Source: Octopus vulgaris
Lineage: Eukaryota
Reading direction: 5' to 3'
NCBI GenBank assembly: GCA_951406725.2
Contig: OX597842.1
Location: 30,628,001-30,692,000 of the forward strand
DNA: 64,000 nt
Positions within the stretch are counted from its first letter, which is position 1. Every line of letters starts with the position of its first letter. The notes below the pieces were generated by a model. The model saw nothing but the letters and a program-made list of their open reading frames with translations. It ran no database searches and was not told where the DNA came from. Shown here one piece after another: positions 25,701-41,540 of the stretch. Made by a program: the position numbers and the translations under genes.

Positions 25701-28700
25701 AGATAGAAAGATAAATCAAGTTATGGCGAAGGCTTGAAAGTAGCCTTAAAAGGTTAAATTTTCGTAACAATGTATGAATAAACGTAGTAACAACGAATAG
25801 AAATATTAAGATAAATTTTTAAAGAACTTGCTGCGGACATCGGTCGGGAGTTGAAATTGAAGAAGTAAGTTAGTTGAATTGGGAATTTAAATTGTAGAAT
25901 CGTAATGGTAAGAGGAGGAAAAAAGACCGCCAAATGGCTGAAAGATGGAAAGAGATGGAAGAGATGGGATTACGGCTTGAGGTAGCCTAGCCTAAGGTTA
26001 AATTTTGTAGAGAGAGAGATAGAAAGATAAATCAAGTTATGGCGAAGGCTTGAAAGTAGCCTTAAAAGGTTAAATTTTCGTAACAATGTATGAATAAACG
26101 TAGTAACAACGAATAGAAATATTAAGATAAATTTTTAAAGAACTTGCTGCGGACATCGGTCGGGAGTTGAAATTGAAGAAGTAAGTTAGTTGAATTGGGA
26201 ATTTAAATTGTAGAATCGTAATGGTAAGAGGAGGAAAAAAGACCGCCAAATGGCTGAAAGATGGAAAGAGATGGGAAGAGATGGGATTACGGCTTGAGGT
26301 AGCCTAGCCTAAGGTTAAATTTTGTAGAGAGAGAGATAGAAAGATAAATCAAGTTATGGCGAAGGCTTGAAAGTAGCCTTAAAAGGTTAAATTTTCGTAA
26401 CAATGTATGAATAAACGTAGTAACAACGAATAGAAATATTAAGATAAATTTTTAAAGAACTTGCTGCGGACATCGGTCGGGAGTTGAAATTGAAGAAGTA
26501 AGTTAGTTGAATTGGGAATTTAAATTGTAGAATCGTAATGGTAAGAGGAGGAAAAAAGACCGCCAAATGGCTGAAAGATGGAAAGAGATGGGAAGAGATG
26601 GGATTACGGCTTGAGGTAGCCTAGCCTAAGGTTAAATTTTGTAGAGAGAGAGATAGAAAGATAAATCAAGTTATGGCGAAGGCTTGAAAGTAGCCTTAAA
26701 AGGTTAAATTTTCGTAACAATGTATGAATAAACGTAGTAACAACGAATAGAAATATTAAGATAAATTTTTAAAGAACTTGCTGCGGACATCGGTCGGGAG
26801 TTGAAATTGAAGAAGTAAGTTAGTTGAATTGGGAATTTAAATTGTAGAATCGTAATGGTAAGAGGAGGAAAAAAGACCGCCAAATGGCTGAAAGATGGAA
26901 AGAGATGGGAAGAGATGGGATTACGGCTTGAGGTAGCCTAGCCTAAGGTTAAATTTTGTAGAGAGAGAGATAGAAAGATAAATCAAGTTATGGCGAAGGC
27001 TTGAAAGTAGCCTTAAAAGGTTAAATTTTCGTAACAATGTATGAATAAACGTAGTAACAACGAATAGAAATATTAAGATAAATTTTTAAAGAACTTGCTG
27101 CGGACATCGGTCGGGAGTTGAAATTGAAGAAGTAAGTTAGTTGAATTGGGAATTTAAATTGTAGAATCGTAATGGTAAGAGGAGGAAAAAAGACCGCCAA
27201 ATGGCTGAAAGATGGAAAGAGATGGGAAGAGATGGGATTACGGCTTGAGGTAGCCTAGCCTAAGGTTAAATTTTGTAGAGAGAGAGATAGAAAGATAAAT
27301 CAAGTTATGGCGAAGGCTTGAAAGTAGCCTTAAAAGGTTAAATTTTCGTAACAATGTATGAATAAACGTAGTAACAACGAATAGAAATATTAAGATAAAT
27401 TTTTAAAGAACTTGCTGCGGACATCGGTCGGGAGTTGAAATTGAAGAAGTAAGTTAGTTGAATTGGGAATTTAAATTGTAGAATCGTAATGGTAAGAGGA
27501 GGAAAAAAGACCGCCAAATGGCTGAAAGATGGAAAGAGATGGGAAGAGATGGGATTACGGCTTGAGGTAGCCTAGCCTAAGGTTAAATTTTGTAGAGAGA
27601 GAGATAGAAAGATAAATCAAGTTATGGCGAAGGCTTGAAAGTAGCCTTAAAAGGTTAAATTTTCGTAACAATGTATGAATAAACGTAGTAACAACGAATA
27701 GAAATATTAAGATAAATTTTTAAAGAACTTGCTGCGGACATCGGTCGGGAGTTGAAATTGAAGAAGTAAGTTAGTTGAATTGGGAATTTAAATTGTAGAA
27801 TCGTAATGGTAAGAGGAGGAAAAAAGACCGCCAAATGGCTGAAAGATGGAAAGAGATGGGAAGAGATGGGATTACGGCTTGAGGTAGCCTAGCCTAAGGT
27901 TAAATTTTGTAGAGAGAGAGATAGAAAGATAAATCAAGTTATGGCGAAGGCTTGAAAGTAGCCTTAAAAGGTTAAATTTTCGTAACAATGTATGAATAAA
28001 CGTAGTAACAACGAATAGAAATATTAAGATAAATTTTTAAAGAACTTGCTGCGGACATCGGTCGGGAGTTGAAATTGAAGAAGTAAGTTAGTTGAATTGG
28101 GAATTTAAATTGTAGAATCGTAATGGTAAGAGGAGGAAAAAAGACCGCCAAATGGCTGAAAGATGGAAAGAGATGGGAAGAGATGGGATTACGGCTTGAG
28201 GTAGCCTAGCCTAAGGTTAAATTTTGTAGAGAGAGAGATAGAAAGATAAATCAAGTTATGGCGAAGGCTTGAAAGTAGCCTTAAAAGGTTAAATTTTCGT
28301 AACAATGTATGAATAAACGTAGTAACAACGAATAGAAATATTAAGATAAATTTTTAAAGAACTTGCTGCGGACATCGGTCGGGAGTTGAAATTGAAGAAG
28401 TAAGTTAGTTGAATTGGGAATTTAAATTGTAGAATCGTAATGGTAAGAGGAGGAAAAAAGACCGCCAAATGGCTGAAAGATGGAAAGAGATGGGAAGAGA
28501 TGGGATTACGGCTTGAGGTAGCCTAGCCTAAGGTTAAATTTTGTAGAGAGAGAGATAGAAAGATAAATCAAGTTATGGCGAAGGCTTGAAAGTAGCCTTA
28601 AAAGGTTAAATTTTCGTAACAATGTATGAATAAACGTAGTAACAACGAATAGAAATATTAAGATAAATTTTTAAAGAACTTGCTGCGGACATCGGTCGGG

Positions 28701-31700
28701 AGTTGAAATTGAAGAAGTAAGTTAGTTGAATTGGGAATTTAAATTGTAGAATCGTAATGGTAAGAGGAGGAAAAAAGACCGCCAAATGGCTGAAAGATGG
28801 AAAGAGATGGGAAGAGATGGGATTACGGCTTGAGGTAGCCTAGCCTAAGGTTAAATTTTGTAGAGAGAGAGATAGAAAGATAAATCAAGTTATGGCGAAG
28901 GCTTGAAAGTAGCCTTAAAAGGTTAAATTTTCGTAACAATGTATGAATAAACGTAGTAACAACGAATAGAAATATTAAGATAAATTTTTAAAGAACTTGC
29001 TGCGGACATCGGTCGGGAGTTGAAATTGAAGAAGTAAGTTAGTTGAATTGGGAATTTAAATTGTAGAATCGTAATGGTAAGAGGAGGAAAAAAGACCGCC
29101 AAATGGCTGAAAGATGGAAAGAGATGGGAAGAGATGGGATTACGGCTTGAGGTAGCCTAGCCTAAGGTTAAATTTTGTAGAGAGAGAGATAGAAAGATAA
29201 ATCAAGTTATGGCGAAGGCTTGAAAGTAGCCTTAAAAGGTTAAATTTTCGTAACAATGTATGAATAAACGTAGTAACAACGAATAGAAATATTAAGATAA
29301 ATTTTTAAAGAACTTGCTGCGGACATCGGTCGGGAGTTGAAATTGAAGAAGTAAGTTAGTTGAATTGGGAATTTAAATTGTAGAATCGTAATGGTAAGAG
29401 GAGGAAAAAAGACCGCCAAATGGCTGAAAGATGGAAAGAGATGGGAAGAGATGGGATTACGGCTTGAGGTAGCCTAGCCTAAGGTTAAATTTTGTAGAGA
29501 GAGAGATAGAAAGATAAATCAAGTTATGGCGAAGGCTTGAAAGTAGCCTTAAAAGGTTAAATTTTCGTAACAATGTATGAATAAACGTAGTAACAACGAA
29601 TAGAAATATTAAGATAAATTTTTAAAGAACTTGCTGCGGACATCGGTCGGGAGTTGAAATTGAAGAAGTAAGTTAGTTGAATTGGGAATTTAAATTGTAG
29701 AATCGTAATGGTAAGAGGAGGAAAAAAGACCGCCAAATGGCTGAAAGATGGAAAGAGATGGGAAGAGATGGGATTACGGCTTGAGGTAGCCTAGCCTAAG
29801 GTTAAATTTTGTAGAGAGAGAGATAGAAAGATAAATCAAGTTATGGCGAAGGCTTGAAAGTAGCCTTAAAAGGTTAAATTTTCGTAACAATGTATGAATA
29901 AACGTAGTAACAACGAATAGAAATATTAAGATAAATTTTTAAAGAACTTGCTGCGGACATCGGTCGGGAGTTGAAATTGAAGAAGTAAGTTAGTTGAATT
30001 GGGAATTTAAATTGTAGAATCGTAATGGTAAGAGGAGGAAAAAAGACCGCCAAATGGCTGAAAGATGGAAAGAGATGGAAGAGATGGGATTACGGCTTGA
30101 GGTAGCCTAGCCTAAGGTTAAATTTTGTAGAGAGAGAGATAGAAAGATAAATCAAGTTATGGCGAAGGCTTGAAAGTAGCCTTAAAAGGTTAAATTTTCG
30201 TAACAATGTATGAATAAACGTAGTAACAACGAATAGAAATATTAAGATAAATTTTTAAAGAACTTGCTGCGGACATCGGTCGGGAGTTGAAATTGAAGAA
30301 GTAAGTTAGTTGAATTGGGAATTTAAATTGTAGAATCGTAATGGTAAGAGGAGGAAAAAAGACCGCCAAATGGCTGAAAGATGGAAAGAGATGGGAAGAG
30401 ATGGGATTACGGCTTGAGGTAGCCTAGCCTAAGGTTAAATTTTGTAGAGAGAGAGATAGAAAGATAAATCAAGTTATGGCGAAGGCTTGAAAGTAGCCTT
30501 AAAAGGTTAAATTTTCGTAACAATGTATGAATAAACGTAGTAACAACGAATAGAAATATTAAGATAAATTTTTAAAGAACTTGCTGCGGACATCGGTCGG
30601 GAGTTGAAATTGAAGAAGTAAGTTAGTTGAATTGGGAATTTAAATTGTAGAATCGTAATGGTAAGAGGAGGAAAAAAGACCGCCAAATGGCTGAAAGATG
30701 GAAAGAGATGGGAAGAGATGGGATTACGGCTTGAGGTAGCCTAGCCTAAGGTTAAATTTTGTAGAGAGAGAGATAGAAAGATAAATCAAGTTATGGCGAA
30801 GGCTTGAAAGTAGCCTTAAAAGGTTAAATTTTCGTAACAATGTATGAATAAACGTAGTAACAACGAATAGAAATATTAAGATAAATTTTTAAAGAACTTG
30901 CTGCGGACATCGGTCGGGAGTTGAAATTGAAGAAGTAAGTTAGTTGAATTGGGAATTTAAATTGTAGAATCGTAATGGTAAGAGGAGGAAAAAAGACCGC
31001 CAAATGGCTGAAAGATGGAAAGAGATGGGAAGAGATGGGATTACGGCTTGAGGTAGCCTAGCCTAAGGTTAAATTTTGTAGAGAGAGAGATAGAAAGATA
31101 AATCAAGTTATGGCGAAGGCTTGAAAGTAGCCTTAAAAGGTTAAATTTTCGTAACAATGTATGAATAAACGTAGTAACAACGAATAGAAATATTAAGATA
31201 AATTTTTAAAGAACTTGCTGCGGACATCGGTCGGGAGTTGAAATTGAAGAAGTAAGTTAGTTGAATTGGGAATTTAAATTGTAGAATCGTAATGGTAAGA
31301 GGAGGAAAAAAGACCGCCAAATGGCTGAAAGATGGAAAGAGATGGGAAGAGATGGGATTACGGCTTGAGGTAGCCTAGCCTAAGGTTAAATTTTGTAGAG
31401 AGAGAGATAGAAAGATAAATCAAGTTATGGCGAAGGCTTGAAAGTAGCCTTAAAAGGTTAAATTTTCGTAACAATGTATGAATAAACGTAGTAACAACGA
31501 ATAGAAATATTAAGATAAATTTTTAAAGAACTTGCTGCGGACATCGGTCGGGAGTTGAAATTGAAGAAGTAAGTTAGTTGAATTGGGAATTTAAATTGTA
31601 GAATCGTAATGGTAAGAGGAGGAAAAAAGACCGCCAAATGGCTGAAAGATGGAAAGAGATGGGAAGAGATGGGATTACGGCTTGAGGTAGCCTAGCCTAA

Positions 31701-33140
31701 GGTTAAATTTTGTAGAGAGAGAGATAGAAAGATAAATCAAGTTATGGCGAAGGCTTGAAAGTAGCCTTAAAAGGTTAAATTTTCGTAACAATGTATGAAT
31801 AAACGTAGTAACAACGAATAGAAATATTAAGATAAATTTTTAAAGAACTTGCTGCGGACATCGGTCGGGAGTTGAAATTGAAGAAGTAAGTTAGTTGAAT
31901 TGGGAATTTAAATTGTAGAATCGTAATGGTAAGAGGAGGAAAAAAGACCGCCAAATGGCTGAAAGATGGAAAGAGATGGGAAGAGATGGGATTACGGCTT
32001 GAGGTAGCCTAGCCTAAGGTTAAATTTTGTAGAGAGAGAGATAGAAAGATAAATCAAGTTATGGCGAAGGCTTGAAAGTAGCCTTAAAAGGTTAAATTTT
32101 CGTAACAATGTATGAATAAACGTAGTAACAACGAATAGAAATATTAAGATAAATTTTTAAAGAACTTGCTGCGGACATCGGTCGGGAGTTGAAATTGAAG
32201 AAGTAAGTTAGTTGAATTGGGAATTTAAATTGTAGAATCGTAATGGTAAGAGGAGGAAAAAAGACCGCCAAATGGCTGAAAGATGGAAAGAGATGGGAAG
32301 AGATGGGATTACGGCTTGAGGTAGCCTAGCCTAAGGTTAAATTTTGTAGAGAGAGAGATAGAAAGATAAATCAAGTTATGGCGAAGGCTTGAAAGTAGCC
32401 TTAAAAGGTTAAATTTTCGTAACAATGTATGAATAAACGTAGTAACAACGAATAGAAATATTAAGATAAATTTTTAAAGAACTTGCTGCGGACATCGGTC
32501 GGGAGTTGAAATTGAAGAAGTAAGTTAGTTGAATTGGGAATTTAAATTCTAGAATCGTAATGGTAAGAGGAGGAAAAAAGACCGCCAAATGGCTGAAAGA
32601 TGGAAAGAGATGGGAAGAGATGGGATTACGGCTTGAGGTAGCCTAGCCTAAGGTTAAATTTTGTAGAGAGAGAGATAGAAAGATAAATCAAGTTATGGCG
32701 AAGGCTTGAAAGTAGCCTTAAAAGGTTAAATTTTCGTAACAATGTATGAATAAACGTAGTAACAACGAATAGAAATATTAAGATAAATTTTTAAAGAACT
32801 TGCTGCGGACATCGGTCGGGAGTTGAAATTGAAGAAGTAAGTTAGTTGAATTGGGAATTTAAATTGTAGAATCGTAATGGTAAGAGGAGGAAAAAAGACC
32901 GCCAAATGGCTGAAAGATGGAAAGAGATGGGAAGAGATGGGATTACGGCTTGAGGTAGCCTAGCCTAAGGTTAAATTTTGTAGAGAGAGAGATAGAAAGA
33001 TAAATCAAGTTATGGCGAAGGCTTGAAAGTAGCCTTAAAGGTTAAATTTTCGTAACAATGTATGAATAAACGTAGTAACAACGAATAGAAATATTAAGAT
33101 AAATTTTTAAAGAACTTGCTGCGGACATCGGTCGGGAGTT
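22756..33140. repeat. 317-bp tandem repeat array, about 32.8 nearly identical copies
   Basis: CCGCCAAATGG recurs at 23072, 23389, 23706 and onward; only rare 1-bp indels and substitutions; no ORFs. Confidence 0.98.
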
Positions 33141-33157
33141 ATATATATATATACATA

Positions 33158-33560
33158 GGTGCAGGAGTGGCTGTGTGGTAAGTAGCTTGCTAACCAACCA
33201 CATGGTTCCAGGTTCAGTCCCACTACGTGGCATCTTGGGCAAGTGTCTTCTACTATAGCCCCGGGCCAAACAATGCCTTGTGAGTGGATTTGGTAGACGG
33301 AAACTGAAAGAAGCCTGTCGTATATATGTATATATATATATGTGTATGTGTTTGTGTGTCTGTGTTTGTCCCCCTAGCATTGCTTGACAACCGATGCTGG
33401 TGTGTTTGCGTCCCCGTCACTTAGCGGTTCGGCAAAAGAGCCCGATAGAATACGTACTGGGCTTACAAAGAATAAGTCCCGGGGTCGATTTGCTCGAGTA
33501 AAAGCAGTGCTCCAGCATGGCCGCAGCCAAATGACTGAAACAAGTAAAAGAGTAAAAGAG
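33158..33560 (+). mobile_element. SINE family A, full length
   Basis: Complete head-to-tail match. Confidence 0.9.
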
Positions 33561-33608
33561 TATGTATATATATATATGCACACACACACACAACACACAC
33601 ATATATGA

Positions 33609-33666
<58 letters not shown>

Positions 33667-33707
33667 TCAATATTTCTAATTTTGGTGATCAGTGAATATA
33701 TATATAT

Positions 33708-33960
33708 TTGCAAAGCCTTGGCAGGCATCTCAACTAGCAGGACTTGCTACCCTGGACTGATGATGAGCAAAAACTCAGAAACAGGCATGTCTCTAGGTGC
33801 TAGCCCTGGCTGGTGGGGGTGCTTGCCTCCCCTTTGCAAATATAAGGACACAGGAAATGTGTCAAGGCCGACAGGAAGCGTCGAAGCTTCCTAGGGCTAA
33901 ATAGCAGTGGTGTGATTCCCTTTACGGGACTGTCACGTTAAGTTGACAGTATAAAACCAC
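33708..33960 (+). mobile_element. Short hammerhead-bearing element in (TA)n (Penelope-like/retrozyme-like)
   Basis: Hammerhead plus a structured 3' module homologous to 34652-34800; TA arrays on both sides. Confidence 0.75.
33751..33797 (+). ncRNA. Type I hammerhead ribozyme, canonical core
   Basis: CCTGGA-CTGATGA-TGAG caaaaa CTCA-GAAA-CA ggca TG-TC-TCTAGG; all three stems pair; predicted cleavage after GUC at 33791. Confidence 0.9.
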
Positions 33961-34002
33961 TCTATATATATATATATATAAATAAATATATATAAATATA
34001 TA

Positions 34003-34963
<961 letters not shown>

Positions 34964-34976
34964 ACAGTATACAACC

Positions 34977-35007
<31 letters not shown>

Positions 35008-35009
<2 letters not shown>

Positions 35010-35303
35010 AGGCGCAATGGCCTAGTGGTTGAGGCAGCGGACTCGCGGTCGTAGGATCGTGGTTTCGATTCCCAGACCGGGCGTTGTGAGTGTTTATTGA
35101 GTGAAAACACCTAAAAGCTCCCCGAGGCTCCGGCAGGGGATGGTGGTGATCCCTGCTGTACTCTTTCACCACTCTTTCTTCTGTTGGCCTGCTCGCTTAG
35201 CCAGTGGGGTGGCGTCATTCGAAGGCTAAAACAATGCGAATGCATTGTGACCAGCGATGTGTAACAACATCTGATGGTCTGGTCGGTCACGTGATCATGT
35301 GAT
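35008..35303 (+). mobile_element. SINE family C, full length
   Basis: tRNA-like head GGAGGCGCAATGGCCTAGTGG...GGTTTCGATTCCC; matches 2190-2503. Confidence 0.85.
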
Positions 35304-35734
35304 ATATATATGATTTTAGCGACGAAAATATTTTGACAAATTAAACTTAAATGTTGGAGTGAATCGAAAGGCTTTTGTGTGTTTCTTAAATGGCTTATAA
35401 ACACCTTCCACGCTGCAATTGTTTTCGTTCCAGCACACGATCTCAGATCAAGTCACTTGCTATGCGAGTACATCTCACTCTCTCTCTCTCTCTATATATA
35501 TATATATGTAAACATGTAAGTATATATATTTGTACATATTATACATAATACTTTTGTACATGTATGTATATATGTATATATGCACACAGATACATATATA
35601 TAGATGTGTGTGTGTGTATAAAAATATAGACATACATGTGTATTTGTATATATTTTACACAGGTAGTTATGTGTGCAAATACATGCTTGTGTGTGTGTGT
35701 GAGCTCATGTGTGTGTGTGTGTGTGTGTGTGTGT

Positions 35735-35774
<40 letters not shown>

Positions 35775-37119
35775 AAGAGATAGAGAGAGTGGAGGAAGAG
35801 AGAATGTCTGCATTTTCTTGGAGACTGGGATAAATGGACTGAAGAGATGAATTAAGGAGCCTGGGTGGAATAATGGAAAGAAAAGAAAGGATGAGAGAAG
35901 GAAAGAAAAAGAGTGGAATGAGAGAAGGAGGGAGAGAGAGAGGGGAAGACAGAGAGACAGTGAGAAAGAGAGAGAGAGAGGGCGAGAGAGAGAGAGAGAG
36001 AGAAACTGATAAGAATGGAGAAACAAGGAATGGAAAAAAAGAGATTGAGTGGGAGAAATAGAGAGAGAGATAAAGAAAGAGTGAGAAAGCATAAGAAAGA
36101 AAGAGAGAGAAAGAGAGAGAGAAAAAGAAAGAAAATATGAGAGGAGAAATGAGAGAGAGAGAAAAGGAGGAGAGAGAAAAAGAAAGAAAAAATGAGAGGA
36201 GAGAGAAAGAGAAAGAGAAAGAAAGAAAGAGAGAAAGTAGGGACAAAGTGAGAGAGAAAGAAAGAAAGAGAAAGAATGAGAGAAGAGCAACAAGCATTGA
36301 CGACCACCACCCCAAAAGATGTGGAGGAAGATTGGGGAACGTGGGCTGTGAAGGTAAAGGGTGGTGGTGTGTGGGTGGGTGGGTGGTGTGTGTGGGTCTG
36401 GTGTCCCCTTTTCAGTTCCCAGTTTTTTTGTCTCCAAATTCATTAAAATCTTTTCTTCACCAAAATTGAAGAAGAAATCTTTTTTTTGTAAATTCCATTA
36501 AATTTCTCTCTTTCATTTCTCCTTCATCTCCTTCATCATCATCTTTTTTCTTTCATTTTTTCTTTCTTTCTCTGCTTGTTTTGCTTCCTTCTTTTTCTTC
36601 CCTTCTTCTTCTTCTCCCATTACCTCCTCCTCCTCCCCTCCGCCTTCTTTCTCTCCTCTCATACATCCCACCCGCCCCCGTACTATCTTAATCCCTCCTC
36701 TTCACCCTCCAAACTCCCATCCTTCATCTTCCACCCCACCATCACCTTCCCCTCTACTCCCTTCACCTTCTCCCTCTTCCTTTCTCTCCCCCTTCTGTCT
36801 GTCTCTCTCCCTCACTCTCTCTCTTCCTTTCTCTCCCTCACTCTTCCCCCTTCTCCCTGTCTGTCTGCCCCCCTCTCTCTCAGACCCTCAAATCTTCCAT
36901 TTCTCCTTCCACCATCTTCCCTCGTCTTCCTGTCCCTTAATCTCTCAAATGCTTCCTCCTAGTCTTCTCCCTCTCTTTCTTCTCTTCTCCATCTTCCATC
37001 TTCCATCATAAGTCATCAGTCTTTTCTCTTCCATCATATACAATGGCACAAGTCTCACTTCTGCAGTCATTGATTTGCTTCAAATATAATCCATCTTCAC
37101 TCTTCTTTTTCCAACAAAT

Positions 37120-37830
37120 TCTCTTGTCATTCCTTTCAATCTTCAATCTTCAGTCTTTAGTCTTTTTTATGTTTAGTCAACTAATTATCTCAAACTGTTT
37201 GTCAACTACCTTCAATCTTATGTCTTTTGTCTTCAATCTTCAGTCTTCTTTGTTTTGTCTTCAATCTTGAGTCTTCTGTCTTTTGTCTTCAATCTTGAGT
37301 CTTCAATCTTGAGTCTTCAATCTTCAGTCTTCTGTCTTTTGTCTTCAATCTTGAGTCTTCAATCTTGAGTCTTCAATCTTCAGTCTTCAATCTTCAGTCT
37401 TCTGTCTTTTGTCTTCAATCTTGAGTCTTCAATCTTGAGTCTTCAATCTTCAGTCTTCAATCTTCAGTCTTCTGTCTTTTGTCTTCAATCTTCAGTCTTC
37501 AGTCTTTTGTCTTCAATCTTCAGTCTTCTGTCTTTTGTCTTCAATCTTCAGTCTTTAATCTTCAGTCTTCAATCTTCAGTCTTTAATCTTCAGTCGTCTG
37601 TCTTTCGTCTTCAGTCTTCTGTCTTCAATCTTCAGTCTTTAATCTTCAGTCTTCTGTCTTTTGTCTTCAATCTTCAGTCTTCTGTCTTCAATCTCCAGTC
37701 TTTTGATTTCAACTTCCTGGCTTTGTCTGTGTCAGGCCTTTATGGCTAACATGAAATCAAACCTGGCTTTGTCTCCAATCTTTAGTCTTTTGTCTTCAAT
37801 CTTTTGCCTTTTGTTTCAATCTTCAATATA
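37120..37830. repeat. 7-bp minisatellite (TCTTCAA/TCTTCAG/TCTTCTG/TCTTTTG)n
   Basis: Directly visible. Confidence 0.95.
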
Positions 37831-38129
37831 TAATTTAATTCACAGCATCAACTCTTTTACTTGTTTCAGTCACAAACAACATGGACAAAATTTCCTCTCA
37901 AGAAAAAATACATATTCAAATAAGTAAAACATAATATCATGAATAGCGATAGTGAAACCAGTCGATATATTAAAAATTATATTAAAACTATGTAAATGTG
38001 CATATTTTCCTTTTTTAATTTCTTATATATATATATACATATATAAATATACATATATATATATATATATTCTCTTTTATTGCTCTTTTACTCATTTCAG
38101 CCATGCGGATGTGGTCATTGTTCTTTTTT

Positions 38130-38925
38130 TTTTCTTTCAGTCATATGACTGAGGCCATGCTGGAGCACTGCCTTGAAGGATTTTAGTCGAACAAATCAAA
38201 CCCAGTACTTATTTTTTAAACTAGTACTTATTCTATCGGTCTCTTTTGCCAAACCGCTATGTTACAGGGATGTAAACACACCAACACACGCATAGTTGTA
38301 TACATATACATATATATATATAAAAACACATATAACACATATATATATAAAACATATATAGGCGCTGGAGTGGCTGTGTGGTAAGTAGCTTGCTTACCAA
38401 CCACATGGTTCCGGGATCAGTCCCACTGCGTGGCATCTTGGGCAAGTGTCTTCTACTATAGCCCCGGGCCGACCAATGCCTTGTAAGTGGATTTGGTAGA
38501 CGGAAACTGAAAGAAGCCTGTCGTATATATGTATGTGTTTGTGTGTCTGTATTTGTACCCCTAGCATTGCTTGACAACCGATGCTGGTGTGTTTATGTCC
38601 TCGTCACTTAGCGGTTCAGCAAAAGAGACTGATAGAATAAGTACTGGGCTTACAAAGAATAAGTCCCGGGGTCGATTTGCTCGACTAAAGGCGGTGCTCC
38701 AGCATGGCCGCAGTCAAATGACTGAAACAAGTAAAAGAGTAAAAGAGTATATCTGTATATATATATATATATGACGGGCTTCTTTCAGTTTCTGTCCACC
38801 AAATCCACATAAGGCTTTAGTCAACGCAAGGCTGAAGTAGAAGACACTTGTGCAAAGTGCCATGCAGTGGGATTGAACCTGGGTTCATGTGGTTGTGAAA
38901 CAAACTTCTTACCACACAGCCACAT
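38130..38925. mobile_element. SINE A (-) with a younger SINE A (+, 38360-38748) nested in its central microsatellite
   Basis: Minus tail at 38130-38290, plus copy, minus head at 38772-38925. Confidence 0.8.
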
Positions 38926-39506
38926 CTTGCACCTCTTTATAATACATAAGCTTTGGCTTCATGCGACAGTCGTAAACGAGAGTCACCATCATACAAGAGG
39001 TGTTGTTCGTTTCCCTTTTTTTCTTCCGGGGAAAACATTTCTGGCCACAGGAGGAAAACTACAGGGGCAGGGTGGTGACAGGAAAGGCGTCCAGCCGCAG
39101 GAAACCTGCCTCGGCAAATTCCCCTCCGACCCATGCCAACATGGAAAATAGGATGTTAAACAATGATGATGATGATGATATAAATATGTCAGAAGAATGT
39201 GTGTGAGTATATGAGGCAGAGCCACGGATATGAGCAACATGTGAAATTGTCTTTTCCATTCAAAAATATGACAGACTAATGGGCGGTATCATAAATATAT
39301 ACCTCTTGACATTCACGTGTGCTGTATGTATATGTACACACACATATACATACATACATATATATACGAGTGTGTGTGTGTACATGTATGCATGGAGATA
39401 TATATGTGTGAATGAGTTTTTATACACACATACATATATATAAATATATATATTCAAACAAAAATATGTATCTCTCTCTCCCTGTGTGTGTGTGTGTGTG
39501 TATGTG

Positions 39507-39551
<45 letters not shown>

Positions 39552-39648
39552 ATATACATATATATATGTATTATACATATATATATTAGATATATATATA
39601 TATATATGTATTATATATATATATATATATGTATCATATATATATATG

Positions 39649-39686
<38 letters not shown>

Positions 39687-39753
39687 TATATATGCACGTA
39701 TATGTATATATATGTATTATATATATATATATGCACATATATGTGTGCCTGTG

Positions 39754-39799
<46 letters not shown>

Positions 39800-40312
39800 C
39801 ATGTGTCAATAGGTATGTGTGAGTGGGCATCGTGAAATATATTAATAAATATCAGTGATATATTAACCTGTCAATATGAGCATACGACATACATACATAC
39901 CTATATACACACACACAAATATATATACACATATATACATCTACATACATACATACATATGTGTGTGTGTGTGTGTCTGTGTGTATATTGTGTGCGCATT
40001 CAAACGCATGCAGATGTATACACAGAGGACCCGGTCGCATTAAAAGCTGCCGGCGCCCTCTGCAATAATATCGCACATTGATCTCTCTGACATCCAATGT
40101 GGAGCTGTTGTTGTTGTTGTTGTTGTTGGTATTGTTGTTGCTGCTTCTTTCTGTCTTCGTCGGGAAATTGAAGGAAAAAAATATTAAAAACGAGACGCAT
40201 CCAAAGGTACACATGTACGCAATATATATACACATACATACATGCACACACACACACAGTAACTGATATCAACCCTATCCAACAGTATGTATATATATGC
40301 ATGTGAATATAC

Positions 40313-40350
<38 letters not shown>

Positions 40351-40384
40351 ATACATATATATGCATATATATACATATATATGC

Positions 40385-40423
<39 letters not shown>

Positions 40424-40784
40424 CATATATATATACATAAATATATATATACATACATATATGTATACATATATATGTATACATATATATATATATATAC
40501 ACACATATATATATATATACACACACGTATATATGTGTGTATGTATGTATGTGTGTATATATATATACATATATAAATATATGTATATACATACACACAC
40601 ACACATATATATATATATACATGTATACATATATGTATACATATATATATATATATACACACACATGTATATATGTATGTATAAATATATACATGTATTA
40701 ACGCTTCAATTTCATTTGATTAAAATTGCATGTGTGTGTGTATAACCTAGTACAATGTCAATGATTCTATCCATATACATACAT

Positions 40785-40831
<47 letters not shown>

Positions 40832-40853
40832 CATACCAGTATATGCATGTCTA

Positions 40854-40888
<35 letters not shown>

Positions 40889-41501
40889 TGATATTTGGTC
40901 TTCATGTCTCCGCGTATATTGACAACAGAACTTTCCTGTTGGTGTTTTTGTGTATATTATTTGTGTGTGTATGTGTATATGTGTGTTTTCATTTTTTTCC
41001 TCTTCTTCTTCTTCTTCTTCTTCTTCTTCTTCCTGAGTCTGTGACTGAGTGCTCATGAAATATCTGTGTGTATGTATGTATGTATGTATGTATGTGCACA
41101 AGTGTGTATAGGTGTGTATATGTGAGTATGCATGCGTGTTAGAGTCTGGCAGTGAATCCAAGTTTGAGTGCAGAAATACATAAGTATGTGTATATGTATA
41201 TGTGCGTATGTGTATGTGCGTGTGTGTGTATGTGTGTATGTATGTATGTGTGTATGTATGTATGTGTGTGTGTGTGTGTGTATGTGTGTGTGTGCATGTG
41301 TGTGTATGTGTGTATGTATGTATGTGTGTATGTATGTATGTGTGTATGTGTGTGTGTGTATGTGCGTGTGTGTGTATGTATGTATGTGTATGTACATATA
41401 CATGTAATAAATATATGTAAGTGGGTATATATACGCATGTATATATATATATGTATGTGTGTATGTATGCATTTGTACACACACATGCACATATGCACAG
41501 T

Positions 41502-41539
<38 letters not shown>

Positions 41540-41540
<1 letters not shown>

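Noticed and set aside
35008-35085. tRNA-like sequence with A and B boxes
   Set aside because: It is the head of a multi-copy SINE; no acceptor stem or complete cloverleaf
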